Below the pieces are notes generated by a model. That model was not told the DNA's origin and searched no databases. It worked only from the letters and a program-made list of their open reading frames with translations. Positions 18,091 to 26,777 of a DNA stretch of 64,000 bases are shown here, piece after piece. The position numbers and the translations under genes were made by a program. The stretch's first letter is position 1. Each line of letters opens with the position of its first letter. Source of the stretch: a virus; the IMG/VR virus record IMGVR_UViG_3300020391_000004, positions 1 to 64,000 of that record; one strand, 5' to 3'.

Positions 18091-18205
18091 TAGTATTCCA
18101 CAATTCTCAACAATTATCCTGCATATCTAAAGTGATAAACAATGGACCTTGTTGCACAAATGGTGCCCTTTACAGGATTATTTGTTAGTAATATTTATCA
18201 TGCGA

Positions 18206-18877
18206 TTATTCTATACCAATTTTACCTTGATGTTGATAATAAAAGAAGTTATCGTCTGCACAACAGAAAAAGTTACCTATTAAATTAAACCATTTATTTT
18301 GTTTTATATGATATTCAAAGATATCTACAAGTGGATTATCATGTTTTATTATGAAAGAAACTGCTTTTTTATCTTGTGTTCTAAACCAGTGACTATACTG
18401 TATATTAGGACCAAATCGTGCCATTGTACTTCTTAAATATTCTACCCTAAGTGTAGTGTTACGTTTAGACACTTCAAAAGGTGTAGTTGTATTACATAGT
18501 TCTTTTATTTCATCTTTGACAGTATCAACAATATAGAATTCAGGTAACTTAGCAATCATTCCTATCTCTGTATGATGTACTGTGAGTATATCTTTTCTTT
18601 CGAGACATTTTTGTAAATCTTTTCTAAATTTGCTATGTCTAAATCCTTCATAAAATGTACCCATAAAAAGTTTACGTTTATAATATTTCCGTATGTTATC
18701 AGCACGTTTTAAATATCCGCGTGAATTAATTTCTTTTTTTACAATTGGATCGTTGTCTATTTCTTTTAGAGTAACAGTGCCATCGCCTTCATTTCTAATA
18801 AGTGCTACTGCAATAGGGTCTGAATTAAATTCATACCAGTTACAATTATCGATTTCTAATAAATCTAATTGTTTCAT
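18206..18877 (-). CDS. Hypothetical protein
   Basis: Long ORF in operon context. Confidence 0.6.
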   Translation of the reverse strand: MKQLDLLEIDNCNWYEFNSDPIAVALIRNEGDGTVTLKEIDNDPIVKKEINSRGYLKRADNIRKYYKRKLFMGTFYEGFRHSKFRKDLQKCLERKDILTVHHTEIGMIAKLPEFYIVDTVKDEIKELCNTTTPFEVSKRNTTLRVEYLRSTMARFGPNIQYSHWFRTQDKKAVSFIIKHDNPLVDIFEYHIKQNKWFNLIGNFFCCADDNFFYYQHQGKIGIE

Positions 18878-18881
18878 TGAC

Positions 18882-19187
18882 CTAATTTGATTCTAATTTT
18901 ATTTCTAGAGGATAGCCTTGATTCCTTGCACTAAGTAAAACTTCTACACCTTTTTGCTCTGCAACTTCAAAAGGTAATTGTGCAACCACTCCTGAACCTC
19001 GTTCATTAATCTCCATTGCTTTTTGATCTGCATCAGTAGATTCATATGAAAAAGTTCCCATTAAACTTTCTGTAACGAATTGAAATGTTGTTACATTATC
19101 ATTTAAATATATAATTTTGTAATCCTTAGGTGGTTCAAGTTCATTTAATATTGGTCTTATTTTTTGTTTAACTTCCGTGTCACTCAT
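18882..19187 (-). CDS. clpS: ATP-dependent Clp protease adaptor ClpS (atypical)
   Basis: EPPKDYKIIYLNDNVTTFQFV...EVAEQK...YPL pattern. Confidence 0.9.
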   Translation of the reverse strand: MSDTEVKQKIRPILNELEPPKDYKIIYLNDNVTTFQFVTESLMGTFSYESTDADQKAMEINERGSGVVAQLPFEVAEQKGVEVLLSARNQGYPLEIKLESN

Positions 19188-19205
19188 GTAAACTCCATGT
19201 TATAT

Positions 19206-19225
19206 GGGGAGTATTGCTACTCCCC
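19206..19225 (-). terminator. Stem-loop after Hsp20 (terminator or stabiliser)
   Basis: GGGGAGTA-GCAA-TACTCCCC perfect 8-bp stem; weak U-tract. Confidence 0.55.
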
Positions 19226-19242
19226 TTACTAGTATTTACTAT

Positions 19243-19725
19243 TTAAGTATTTTTAATTTCAATTTTGATTGGCTTTTTTTCTTCTGGAATTATTCTTTCC
19301 AAGTTAATGTAAAGCATACCATCCTTGAACTGAGCACCTTCAACTTTAATGTCATCTGCAAGTGTCCACTTTCTAGTAAAACCACGTTGTGCTATACCTC
19401 TATGTACAAATGTTCCAGCAAAATTATTCTCATCAAACTTTGGTGGATTATGTGTTATAGTAAGTACACCATCAGCAGTTTCAATATCTAAGTCTTCTTG
19501 CTTGACTCCTGCTAGTGCCATTTCGATTTGTATAAATTCATCATTCTCACCATGCTTTACAATATTGTAAGGCGGATATCCTGTACTTGATGATTGATGG
19601 TCAACATAACGAAACATGTCGTCAAAGACTCTATCGAATCCTACAGCATATGGTGTTAATTTATTAAAATCCTTTGATAGGACATCTTTAAATGAATTAA
19701 AATCAAGTGAAGAAATTCTAGTCAT
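19243..19725 (-). CDS. ibpA: Small heat shock protein (IbpA/Hsp20)
   Basis: VGFDR.F, YPPYNI, EMALAG, HRGIAQRGF.R.W.L, GML.I.LERIIPEEKKP. Confidence 0.95.
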   Translation of the reverse strand: MTRISSLDFNSFKDVLSKDFNKLTPYAVGFDRVFDDMFRYVDHQSSSTGYPPYNIVKHGENDEFIQIEMALAGVKQEDLDIETADGVLTITHNPPKFDENNFAGTFVHRGIAQRGFTRKWTLADDIKVEGAQFKDGMLYINLERIIPEEKKPIKIEIKNT

Positions 19726-19934
19726 TACTTTCCTCCCTCAAACTTTGTCTCTGCAGTATATGCATCAGTTAGTTTTTCAGTAGCACTTACCCAAGTCTTT
19801 GCAAATTCAGTATTTGCATCCGCAATTTTTCTAATTGGCTTAGTATACTGCTCGCTTGGATCAATTGTGTTTAAGAAAGTTTTTGTTTGTTGGTGGATAG
19901 AATCCACGATTGTATTTAAAAATAAGGCTTGCAT
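19725..19934 (-). CDS. Small helical protein, phasin-like
   Basis: Amphipathic helical pattern; strong RBS; TAATG-coupled to Hsp20. Confidence 0.5.
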   Translation of the reverse strand: MQALFLNTIVDSIHQQTKTFLNTIDPSEQYTKPIRKIADANTEFAKTWVSATEKLTDAYTAETKFEGGK

Positions 19935-20017
19935 AGTAATCTCCTTTAAAGCAAGATTTATGTTATGAGACCCTGTATAGGCATCTCGTTTGTTTTGTGG
20001 ACTTACCGCTGATCCAC
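19935..20017 (-). promoter_or_regulatory. ROSE-like RNA thermometer
   Basis: CUUGCU-UUAA-AGGAG hairpin with bulged G over the SD, preceded by two further hairpins. Confidence 0.7.
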
Positions 20018-20136
20018 ACGAGTTATTAAGTAACTAACTATTCTTGGCCCACGAAATATATTGACTATATACTTGACCCTAAGATTGTTTTAGGATGTTT
20101 TGTCAAAGTTCCTAACAATCTATTCATATTTATTTA

Positions 20137-20370
20137 TTAACGAAGTTCTAATTCACGTTGTTTTTTTAACCATCTAGCTCTACCAGCTGCTTTTGCTTTA
20201 GCACGTTTCTCACTAGGTTTAACATAGTATTTACGTTTTCTCATTTCTAAAATAATGCCTTCATCTTGCATTAATCTTTTTAGTTTGCGACATGCACGAG
20301 CAACATCGTTGTTTCTTACTTGGACATATAGTCCTTGTTTTTCTCTTGCTGGTCTTTGTTGTCTTGCCAT
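20137..20370 (-). CDS. rpsU: Ribosomal protein bS21
   Basis: VQVRNNDV..A.RKLKR...EG...EMRKRKYY.KPSEKR. Confidence 0.93.
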   Translation of the reverse strand: MARQQRPAREKQGLYVQVRNNDVARACRKLKRLMQDEGIILEMRKRKYYVKPSEKRAKAKAAGRARWLKKQRELELR

Positions 20371-20723
20371 TTAGTCATCCATTTTATTAAAGGATCTATA
20401 GGATCCTTGACTTCGTTTAAATTAAATTGTTTGTACAATTGCTTATTATTATAGTAGTAAACATTGGTTTTGTCAATAAAAAAACCTAAAAAAAGTTCAC
20501 TATATTCACAATTAATAATCGTCATTTCAGCCTGATAATAAGCCTGAGAAATCCAATCTAAGGTTGCATCTTGATTAGTAATATAAATTGTTATCGGATT
20601 TTTCAATCTTCTTGCACTATCTATTATAGTCTCAGCATATTCATCGCAACCTATACACAGTATAGCAGGATTATTTGCATAATATATATCTGGTGCAGTC
20701 ACTACTATAACATCAGATGACAT
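20316..20723 (-). CDS. Conserved phage hypothetical protein
   Basis: VTAPDIYY start; operon context. Confidence 0.6.
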   Translation of the reverse strand: MSSDVIVVTAPDIYYANNPAILCIGCDEYAETIIDSARRLKNPITIYITNQDATLDWISQAYYQAEMTIINCEYSELFLGFFIDKTNVYYYNNKQLYKQFNLNEVKDPIDPLIKWMTKWQDNKDQQEKNKDYMSK

Positions 20724-20772
20724 TGTTTACCTTAAAAATTGTTGTATAGTTTACTTATGATTAAATATGTGT

Positions 20773-21642
20773 ATGTCAAAAAAACTTGTTATGCCTTTTG
20801 TAGAAACTATGATAACTTATGCTTGTAATTTAAGTTGTACAGGTTGTTCAAATTATAGCGATTACAATATGAAGGGCAGCGTTCCATGGCGACAGGGTAA
20901 GGCATGGATAGAACAATGGCTAGCAAGATTAGATATATTAGACTTTGGTATAATGGGAGGCGAACCAACACTAAATCCAGAATGCGAACATTGGATATAT
21001 GGTATAAGATCTCTATTACCAAATAGTCAAATAAGATTTACTACTAATGGTGCAAATTTTATTAAACGTCCTGATGTATTAGACTGGTGTGTTGATGTTG
21101 GTAATAGTGTATTTAAATTTACTATACATGAAGATAAGCCTTATGCAAAAAAAGCAATAGATTATGTGTTTAGTAAGTATGAATGGAAACCTATTACTGA
21201 ACATGGAATAAATCGCTGGGTGGGCCCAAACAATACTCGCTTTCAGATTAATTCACCATTACAATTTTTTAAAACTTATAGAGGCAATTTTGGAGATATA
21301 CACCCACATCATAATAATCCTAAAGAAGCATTTGACATGTGTATTCAACAAACCTGTCCATTATTATATGAATCTAAAATATATAAGTGTAGTAGTATTG
21401 CATTGTTAAATAAAGTACTACATGATTGGCGACAACCTATTACAGAACATTGGAAACCTTATACTGACTATAAAGGTATATCACCTGAAAGTAGCACACA
21501 AGATATAAAAATGTTTATAAAAAACTTTGGAAAACCACATAAAATTTGTACAATGTGTCCTACAAAAAAAGATAAGGATAGTATTATAGATCATAGATCT
21601 AATGTCATATCTAAAAAACAATGGATAAAAATAAATGCTTAA
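20773..21642 (+). CDS. Radical SAM protein (start revised to 20773)
   Basis: CNLSCTGC, MGGEPTL, TTNG; C-terminal Cys cluster. Confidence 0.9.
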   Translation: MSKKLVMPFVETMITYACNLSCTGCSNYSDYNMKGSVPWRQGKAWIEQWLARLDILDFGIMGGEPTLNPECEHWIYGIRSLLPNSQIRFTTNGANFIKRPDVLDWCVDVGNSVFKFTIHEDKPYAKKAIDYVFSKYEWKPITEHGINRWVGPNNTRFQINSPLQFFKTYRGNFGDIHPHHNNPKEAFDMCIQQTCPLLYESKIYKCSSIALLNKVLHDWRQPITEHWKPYTDYKGISPESSTQDIKMFIKNFGKPHKICTMCPTKKDKDSIIDHRSNVISKKQWIKINA

Positions 21643-23533
21643 TCTATACCTAGTGCAAACTACAGACAAGTATGGACCTAATGCTTTCCTACCACTAGCA
21701 ATTAGTTATCAGTGGATGTATGCACAGGCTGATGACCAAGTTAAACAGAACTATCATGTTGAAGATGTTCTTATAGAAAAAACTCCCCCTAAAGAATATG
21801 TAAAGAATATGCCAGTTGAACCACACATAGTTGCAATGAGTAGTTATGTTTGGAATTGGGAATATAACAAAGCACTTGCAACCGAAATAAAACGTGTTTA
21901 TCCTGATTGTGAAATTGTAGTAGGGGGACCTAATGTTGATAAAAGAAATAAAAAGTTTTATACGGACTTTCCTATGTTTGATATTGCAGTCATGGGAGAG
22001 GGAGAGCAGGCATTCAGACAGATATTGAAACAAAGATTAGGAAATAGAAACTATAACGGAATTCCTAGTGTATTCCCAAAAGGTGGCGATATATGCAACT
22101 TACCAGAACGTTTTAGAGATTTAGAGGCTATACCTAGTCCTATACTAAACGGATTTTATGACTGGGTAATAGAAAAAGTAGAATCAAAACTAGGTCCACA
22201 GATGTGGCAAGTCACATATGAAACACTAAGAGGGTGTCCATATCAGTGTACATTTTGTGATATAGGTGATTTATATTGGAATAAAATTAGTAAGTTTGAT
22301 ATGCCACGTATTGAAGCAGAAATAGATTGGATGGCAGAACACAAAATTGAATATGTTGGTGTATGCGATAGTAATTGGGGAATGTTAAAACGTGATTTAG
22401 ATATAACTGCTTATGTAATAAAAAAGAAAAAAGAAACAGGATACCCAAAGTTCTGGGACGTAACATGGGCAAAAGCAAATAGCGAAAATATTTACAAAAT
22501 TGCTAAAATGGATAAAGAAGCAGGAACAAGGTTATTTAAAGGTGTGACGTTTGCTATGCAAAGTTTAAATTTATCTACCCAACAAGCGAGTAAACGTATA
22601 AATTTAAAAAGCAATGAAGCACTAGAATACATGACAAAGTATGAGGAAGAAAATATACCTACATACAGTGAACTAATATGGCCTATGCCAGAAGAAACAT
22701 ATGATACATTAAAAGAAGGCATACAAAAATTAGTGGACTTAGGACAAAAGAGTTTTCTAATGGTACATCCTCTTGTATTAACTTTTAATGCTACTATGGG
22801 ACAAAAACATTATATTGAGGAATATGGGCTTAAATGGAAAGAAGTTCCATTAGATACATACTACCTTAGTGTTGAAGATTTAGAAAACTATATTGTGGAA
22901 AAAACTATGGGAGTATATGCCACTAACACTGCAGATGAAGTACTTACAATGAGGGGTAACTTATTTTCCTATCTTTTTATTACTATGTATTATTATGGTT
23001 GGGCTCATTACTTAATGGAATATATGTACAACAAACATAATATAAGACATATAGATTTTATTGAGAGTATGCTGAATTATTTTTTTACAAAAAATTGCCT
23101 AATAGGCAGTGAGATTAGACAAACAGAAAAACATATGCACGATGTATTTTATGGAGATAGTTTTTGGGGCAGGCAAGTATTAGAAAATGATATATATTGG
23201 GAATATAAAGGTGCCAGTAGTGTTGTATTTCATCAAAATAGAAATAAATTAAAATATGAACTTATAGATTTTGTATATAGTCATTATGAAATAGACGTAA
23301 GTGATGTAGTAGAATTTAATATACATGTGTGTAAAGATCCTAATACTAAATATCCTTTCAATATAAAAATTAACAAAGATACAAGCACATATTGTTTAAA
23401 CAGTGATGTTACAAATTTGAAAGTAGATCATTGGGATAAAGAAGAACTTGATGAAAGAAAATTTTATCACGTCAGCTATCATTGGCAACGTAAAAATCAT
23501 TATTGGAAGTGTACTACTAGTGCTTTAAATTAG
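21635..23533 (+). CDS. Cobalamin-binding radical SAM protein
   Basis: N-terminal B12-binding region (MSSYVWN, VVGGP, GEGE) followed by RGCPYQCTFC. Confidence 0.9.
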   Translation: MLNLYLVQTTDKYGPNAFLPLAISYQWMYAQADDQVKQNYHVEDVLIEKTPPKEYVKNMPVEPHIVAMSSYVWNWEYNKALATEIKRVYPDCEIVVGGPNVDKRNKKFYTDFPMFDIAVMGEGEQAFRQILKQRLGNRNYNGIPSVFPKGGDICNLPERFRDLEAIPSPILNGFYDWVIEKVESKLGPQMWQVTYETLRGCPYQCTFCDIGDLYWNKISKFDMPRIEAEIDWMAEHKIEYVGVCDSNWGMLKRDLDITAYVIKKKKETGYPKFWDVTWAKANSENIYKIAKMDKEAGTRLFKGVTFAMQSLNLSTQQASKRINLKSNEALEYMTKYEEENIPTYSELIWPMPEETYDTLKEGIQKLVDLGQKSFLMVHPLVLTFNATMGQKHYIEEYGLKWKEVPLDTYYLSVEDLENYIVEKTMGVYATNTADEVLTMRGNLFSYLFITMYYYGWAHYLMEYMYNKHNIRHIDFIESMLNYFFTKNCLIGSEIRQTEKHMHDVFYGDSFWGRQVLENDIYWEYKGASSVVFHQNRNKLKYELIDFVYSHYEIDVSDVVEFNIHVCKDPNTKYPFNIKINKDTSTYCLNSDVTNLKVDHWDKEELDERKFYHVSYHWQRKNHYWKCTTSALN

Positions 23534-24164
23534 TAAAAACTGTCATTCCTATTTTATGATCGTGTTCGTTACTAGCACAATGTAATTGTTTACGATCAAA
23601 TACTATAATATCACCTGGTGTCCATGGCACAACCTTATCAACCATTAGTCCATGTAAATTATCATAAGGAATATGAGTAAGATATAGACTGTATAAAACA
23701 GTATCAAATGGTCTGTTTGTATAACCTACGATATTACTGTAATTAGTGATACGTTGATCTTTTGTTGTAATTTGTTTTGTGTTATCTTTTACATGACTAT
23801 ACGGATCTTCACTACGTACAAATTTAGCCGCATCATAATCCCAATAGTTATTAAAAAATACAGTGCTACCATGTTCACACTTTAATGGTACAATTATACC
23901 TTTATTAACATATGGATTATTGTATCCGCTATCAACATGTATTTGAAAACTAATTGTGCTTTCATTGAATATTACTTCTTCAACTATACTATCATTATCT
24001 ATTAAAGGCTCAATTACTTCCTGAGGCCATTTATCGATATCCCACCTAGGGTGTTTACTACGCACTGTAGTTCTAGTATCAGTTCGTTCGTCATCTAAAT
24101 AATGATATTCTAATAATTTGTTAAGTTGTTTATCGTTTATTACATCCTTGTGTACTGTAATCAT
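23517..24164 (-). CDS. Putative Fe(II)/2OG oxygenase-like protein
   Basis: IHVDSG (HxD) and distal LHCA. Confidence 0.5.
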   Translation of the reverse strand: MITVHKDVINDKQLNKLLEYHYLDDERTDTRTTVRSKHPRWDIDKWPQEVIEPLIDNDSIVEEVIFNESTISFQIHVDSGYNNPYVNKGIIVPLKCEHGSTVFFNNYWDYDAAKFVRSEDPYSHVKDNTKQITTKDQRITNYSNIVGYTNRPFDTVLYSLYLTHIPYDNLHGLMVDKVVPWTPGDIIVFDRKQLHCASNEHDHKIGMTVFTNLKH

Positions 24165-24472
24165 AGTCTCGTTTTTACTTCTTCTTGTTCTTGTTCAGTT
24201 AGTTCCTCTAATTCCATATGACCTTGTCTTACTAACCAAGTCAAATGTTTTACGTAATCATCATTTAAGTAAGTATCAGTAGTCTCTTTATCTAACTGCA
24301 TCCAATTTGTACCTGTATAACGATAAAGTTTATTTGGTAGTGCATCAACTCTTACAAATAGATCACCTTTGTCAGGTTGCTTTGGAAATATAGTTCCAAA
24401 ATCTGCTTGGGCCGCCTTGTCTAAATCAAGATCCGCTACAACGGCTAGTTTTGGAGTAGGGATCGTTAATCT
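24161..24472 (-). CDS. Start-less -1 frame extension (103 aa) of the upstream membrane protein
   Basis: Open frame RLTIPTPK...DFGTIFPKQPDKGDLFVRVDALPNKLYRYTGTNW...KTRL; its stop overlaps the next ATG (ATGA); no start codon near its 5' end. Confidence 0.8.
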   Translation of the reverse strand, partial: RLTIPTPKLAVVADLDLDKAAQADFGTIFPKQPDKGDLFVRVDALPNKLYRYTGTNWMQLDKETTDTYLNDDYVKHLTWLVRQGHMELEELTEQEQEEVKTRL

Positions 24473-24478
24473 TTTTTT
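24411..24478 (-). promoter_or_regulatory. Candidate -1 ribosomal frameshift cassette
   Basis: A_AAA_AAA heptamer, 7-nt spacer, predicted H-type pseudoknot. Confidence 0.7.
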
Positions 24479-26232
24479 GGTTCTGTAGTAGATTCTTCAG
24501 GTGTTGCCTGTGCTATAAGATCATCTGCAAACTCATCTTTTTCGACTAATTGATATTTTTCAGCCATTTTAATAACGACTGCATCACGTCTTTCAATCTC
24601 TGCTTCTTGTTCTGCAATTTTTTTAAGCAATTCTTCTTCTCTTGTTTTGAGACTTTCAGCACCTAACTCTATTTCGTCAAGTGTTGCTTTATATGCATCA
24701 CGTTCTGCTTCAGTTTCTACAACCTTATCTACTAAACCATCACCTATGCCTTTAAGTTCCTTAATTTCTGCTTCTAATTGTTCTATTGTTTTTATAAGAG
24801 CATCACGTTCTGCTTCTAATGCTCGATACTTTTTAGGATCTATATTTGCAAGATTACCATCTAATAGTTTTTCTATCTCTGCTAATACATCATTATGTTT
24901 TTTTAGTTCCATTTCTAGTTCCTCTACTCTTGGATCACTGACCCTTACTATTTGTTCTTTTATTACAGGTTTATTCTTTTGCCTTTCCTCTCTCCACCAA
25001 CCAATTGTCATTGTACCTGCTAGTACTAGACACACTGCTAGTGGATCAAAAACTGCTACAATTATAATTATGACCCAACGCACTGCATCTTCTAATAAAC
25101 TACGGTCTGCGTCTCCATAAATTAATTCTGCAATATATTTTACAGGTCCTACTTCTGCTTCAAACTGTCTATACTTTTTTTCAAACTGAAACTTTGCATC
25201 TCTTAATTTATCTTTTTGAGGTTGTATAGTGGCAATTTTATTCTCAAGTTCAATTATTTTTTGTTCTACTTCTTTACTACCTGTGCCCGCGTCAGATGTA
25301 TGCTTTTGTATATTTTTATTTGCTAGGTCTATAGTAGGTTGTATACTTTTACGTATTTCACTTACACGATTTTCTACGTCTGCAATTTGTTTTGCTAACT
25401 TATTATTAATTTTTGTTATTTCACGTTGTACTCTACTAGCAACACCTATTTCATTCTTTTTTGCTTGTGCTATTTGATCATTTAGTTTCTTACGTTCTGT
25501 TGCTTGTTCTTTACGAAGCTCTTTACCTTTAGCTACATTATCTACATCAGCAGTAAATACTCCGCCTTTTGTAGTACCTTGTTTTAAGTATGCTTCTACG
25601 TCTTTGTCTAATACTGCTAGACGTTTATTTGCTTGTACTATATCTGCTTTTGTACGATTCTGTGCATCTTTTAAACGTTTTTCTTGTTGTGCAATTTCTT
25701 TATCGGCTTGTGCTTGATACATAGGTATCTTTGCATTTTGTGCTACAATTTGTGGTTCTATACTTTTACGTGCATTATCTATTCTATCTTGTTCCAGTTT
25801 TATAAGATTATCAACTCTGACGTTTTGACCACCTTTGTTTAATCGTTCTATATCTTCTGTCCAACGATTAATTTTACTATCTATGGTAACAAGTTTTTCA
25901 TCAATAACTTCCATTTGTGCAAGTTGTTCGCCACCTATTGCACTTTGTTCAATATGACTTTTACTTAGAAATCCAAATACACCCATGCTCGTAATAAACA
26001 TTAATACAATTACTGCACTAGTCAAATAATATTTTATAGCACTAGGTGCCCTTTTCCAATTTTGATGTAACCACACTGTGGCTAAGAGTTTACCTACTTC
26101 TAGCACACTACCCATTAATACAATAGGCAAAAAAGCCGCGGCAAATATTGCAGTAAGACCTACTATACTGTAATAGGCTGCAATTACACTTATACTTAAA
26201 GCCACAATTAATGTAAGGATTCCTAAAAACAT
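24466..26232 (-). CDS. Membrane-anchored long coiled-coil protein
   Basis: Three N-terminal TM segments, long coiled coil, internal TM (VRWVIIIIVAVFDPLA), second coiled coil. Confidence 0.8.
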   Translation of the reverse strand: MFLGILTLIVALSISVIAAYYSIVGLTAIFAAAFLPIVLMGSVLEVGKLLATVWLHQNWKRAPSAIKYYLTSAVIVLMFITSMGVFGFLSKSHIEQSAIGGEQLAQMEVIDEKLVTIDSKINRWTEDIERLNKGGQNVRVDNLIKLEQDRIDNARKSIEPQIVAQNAKIPMYQAQADKEIAQQEKRLKDAQNRTKADIVQANKRLAVLDKDVEAYLKQGTTKGGVFTADVDNVAKGKELRKEQATERKKLNDQIAQAKKNEIGVASRVQREITKINNKLAKQIADVENRVSEIRKSIQPTIDLANKNIQKHTSDAGTGSKEVEQKIIELENKIATIQPQKDKLRDAKFQFEKKYRQFEAEVGPVKYIAELIYGDADRSLLEDAVRWVIIIIVAVFDPLAVCLVLAGTMTIGWWREERQKNKPVIKEQIVRVSDPRVEELEMELKKHNDVLAEIEKLLDGNLANIDPKKYRALEAERDALIKTIEQLEAEIKELKGIGDGLVDKVVETEAERDAYKATLDEIELGAESLKTREEELLKKIAEQEAEIERRDAVVIKMAEKYQLVEKDEFADDLIAQATPEESTTEPKKD

Positions 26233-26238
26233 ATTGCT

Positions 26239-26268
26239 ATTGTACTACCTAATAAGTAAAAATGTCAA
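26239..26268 (-). promoter_or_regulatory. sigma70-type promoter TTGACA-18-TACAAT, ATG 6 nt downstream
   Basis: Read directly. Confidence 0.65.
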
Positions 26269-26271
26269 GTA

Positions 26272-26754
26272 CTAACTTGCACGGAAAGGACGACCGACTA
26301 TATGAGGATGAGCATCACCTAAGTGAGTGCCTGTATTATCAGTGTTGTTATTACCAACAAATCTTGCTTGTAGTCTTAGAGTAGTGCCTATATTACGAGT
26401 GCGATAGTAATTTGCATCAGTGTCTTCTGCTAAACCACCTTGCCTTTTAAATGAGGCAATTTCAATTGTGGCTTCCTGATATGCTTGTTTTGTAGACTGA
26501 CGTGCAGTAGCACAAGTTACCAAGTCACCTGCTACGACACCTGCGGCGGCTAAAGTAGTTGAAGCATTGGTTGTACTGTCAAATAATGTGCCATTTTTAT
26601 TAATACTTACACGACCATAAACACCTGAACTAATATTACCATCGTCATTTGATATTATTGCAGTGCGAAGTTGTGCAAAAGTCTGTCCATTGTCAATAGT
26701 CAGATTCTCATGTATTCCTGTCAATTGCTTATATTTTATTGCTATGTTTGCCAT
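26272..26754 (-). CDS. Putative virion protein (start revised to 26754)
   Basis: TATAAATA-CAGT-ATG start. Confidence 0.65.
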   Translation of the reverse strand: MANIAIKYKQLTGIHENLTIDNGQTFAQLRTAIISNDDGNISSGVYGRVSINKNGTLFDSTTNASTTLAAAGVVAGDLVTCATARQSTKQAYQEATIEIASFKRQGGLAEDTDANYYRTRNIGTTLRLQARFVGNNNTDNTGTHLGDAHPHIVGRPFRAS

Positions 26755-26758
26755 ACTG

Positions 26759-26772
26759 TATTTATATAAATA
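26759..26772. promoter_or_regulatory. Palindromic bidirectional late promoter TATTTATATAAATA
   Basis: Perfect 14-bp palindrome giving TATAAATA on each strand before divergent ATGs. Confidence 0.7.
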
Positions 26773-26777
26773 TTTAC

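Noticed and set aside
19206-19230. AAGGGGAGTAGC resembling the start of a yybP-ykoY riboswitch
   Set aside because: It pairs completely into a simple 8-bp hairpin and the rest of the aptamer is absent
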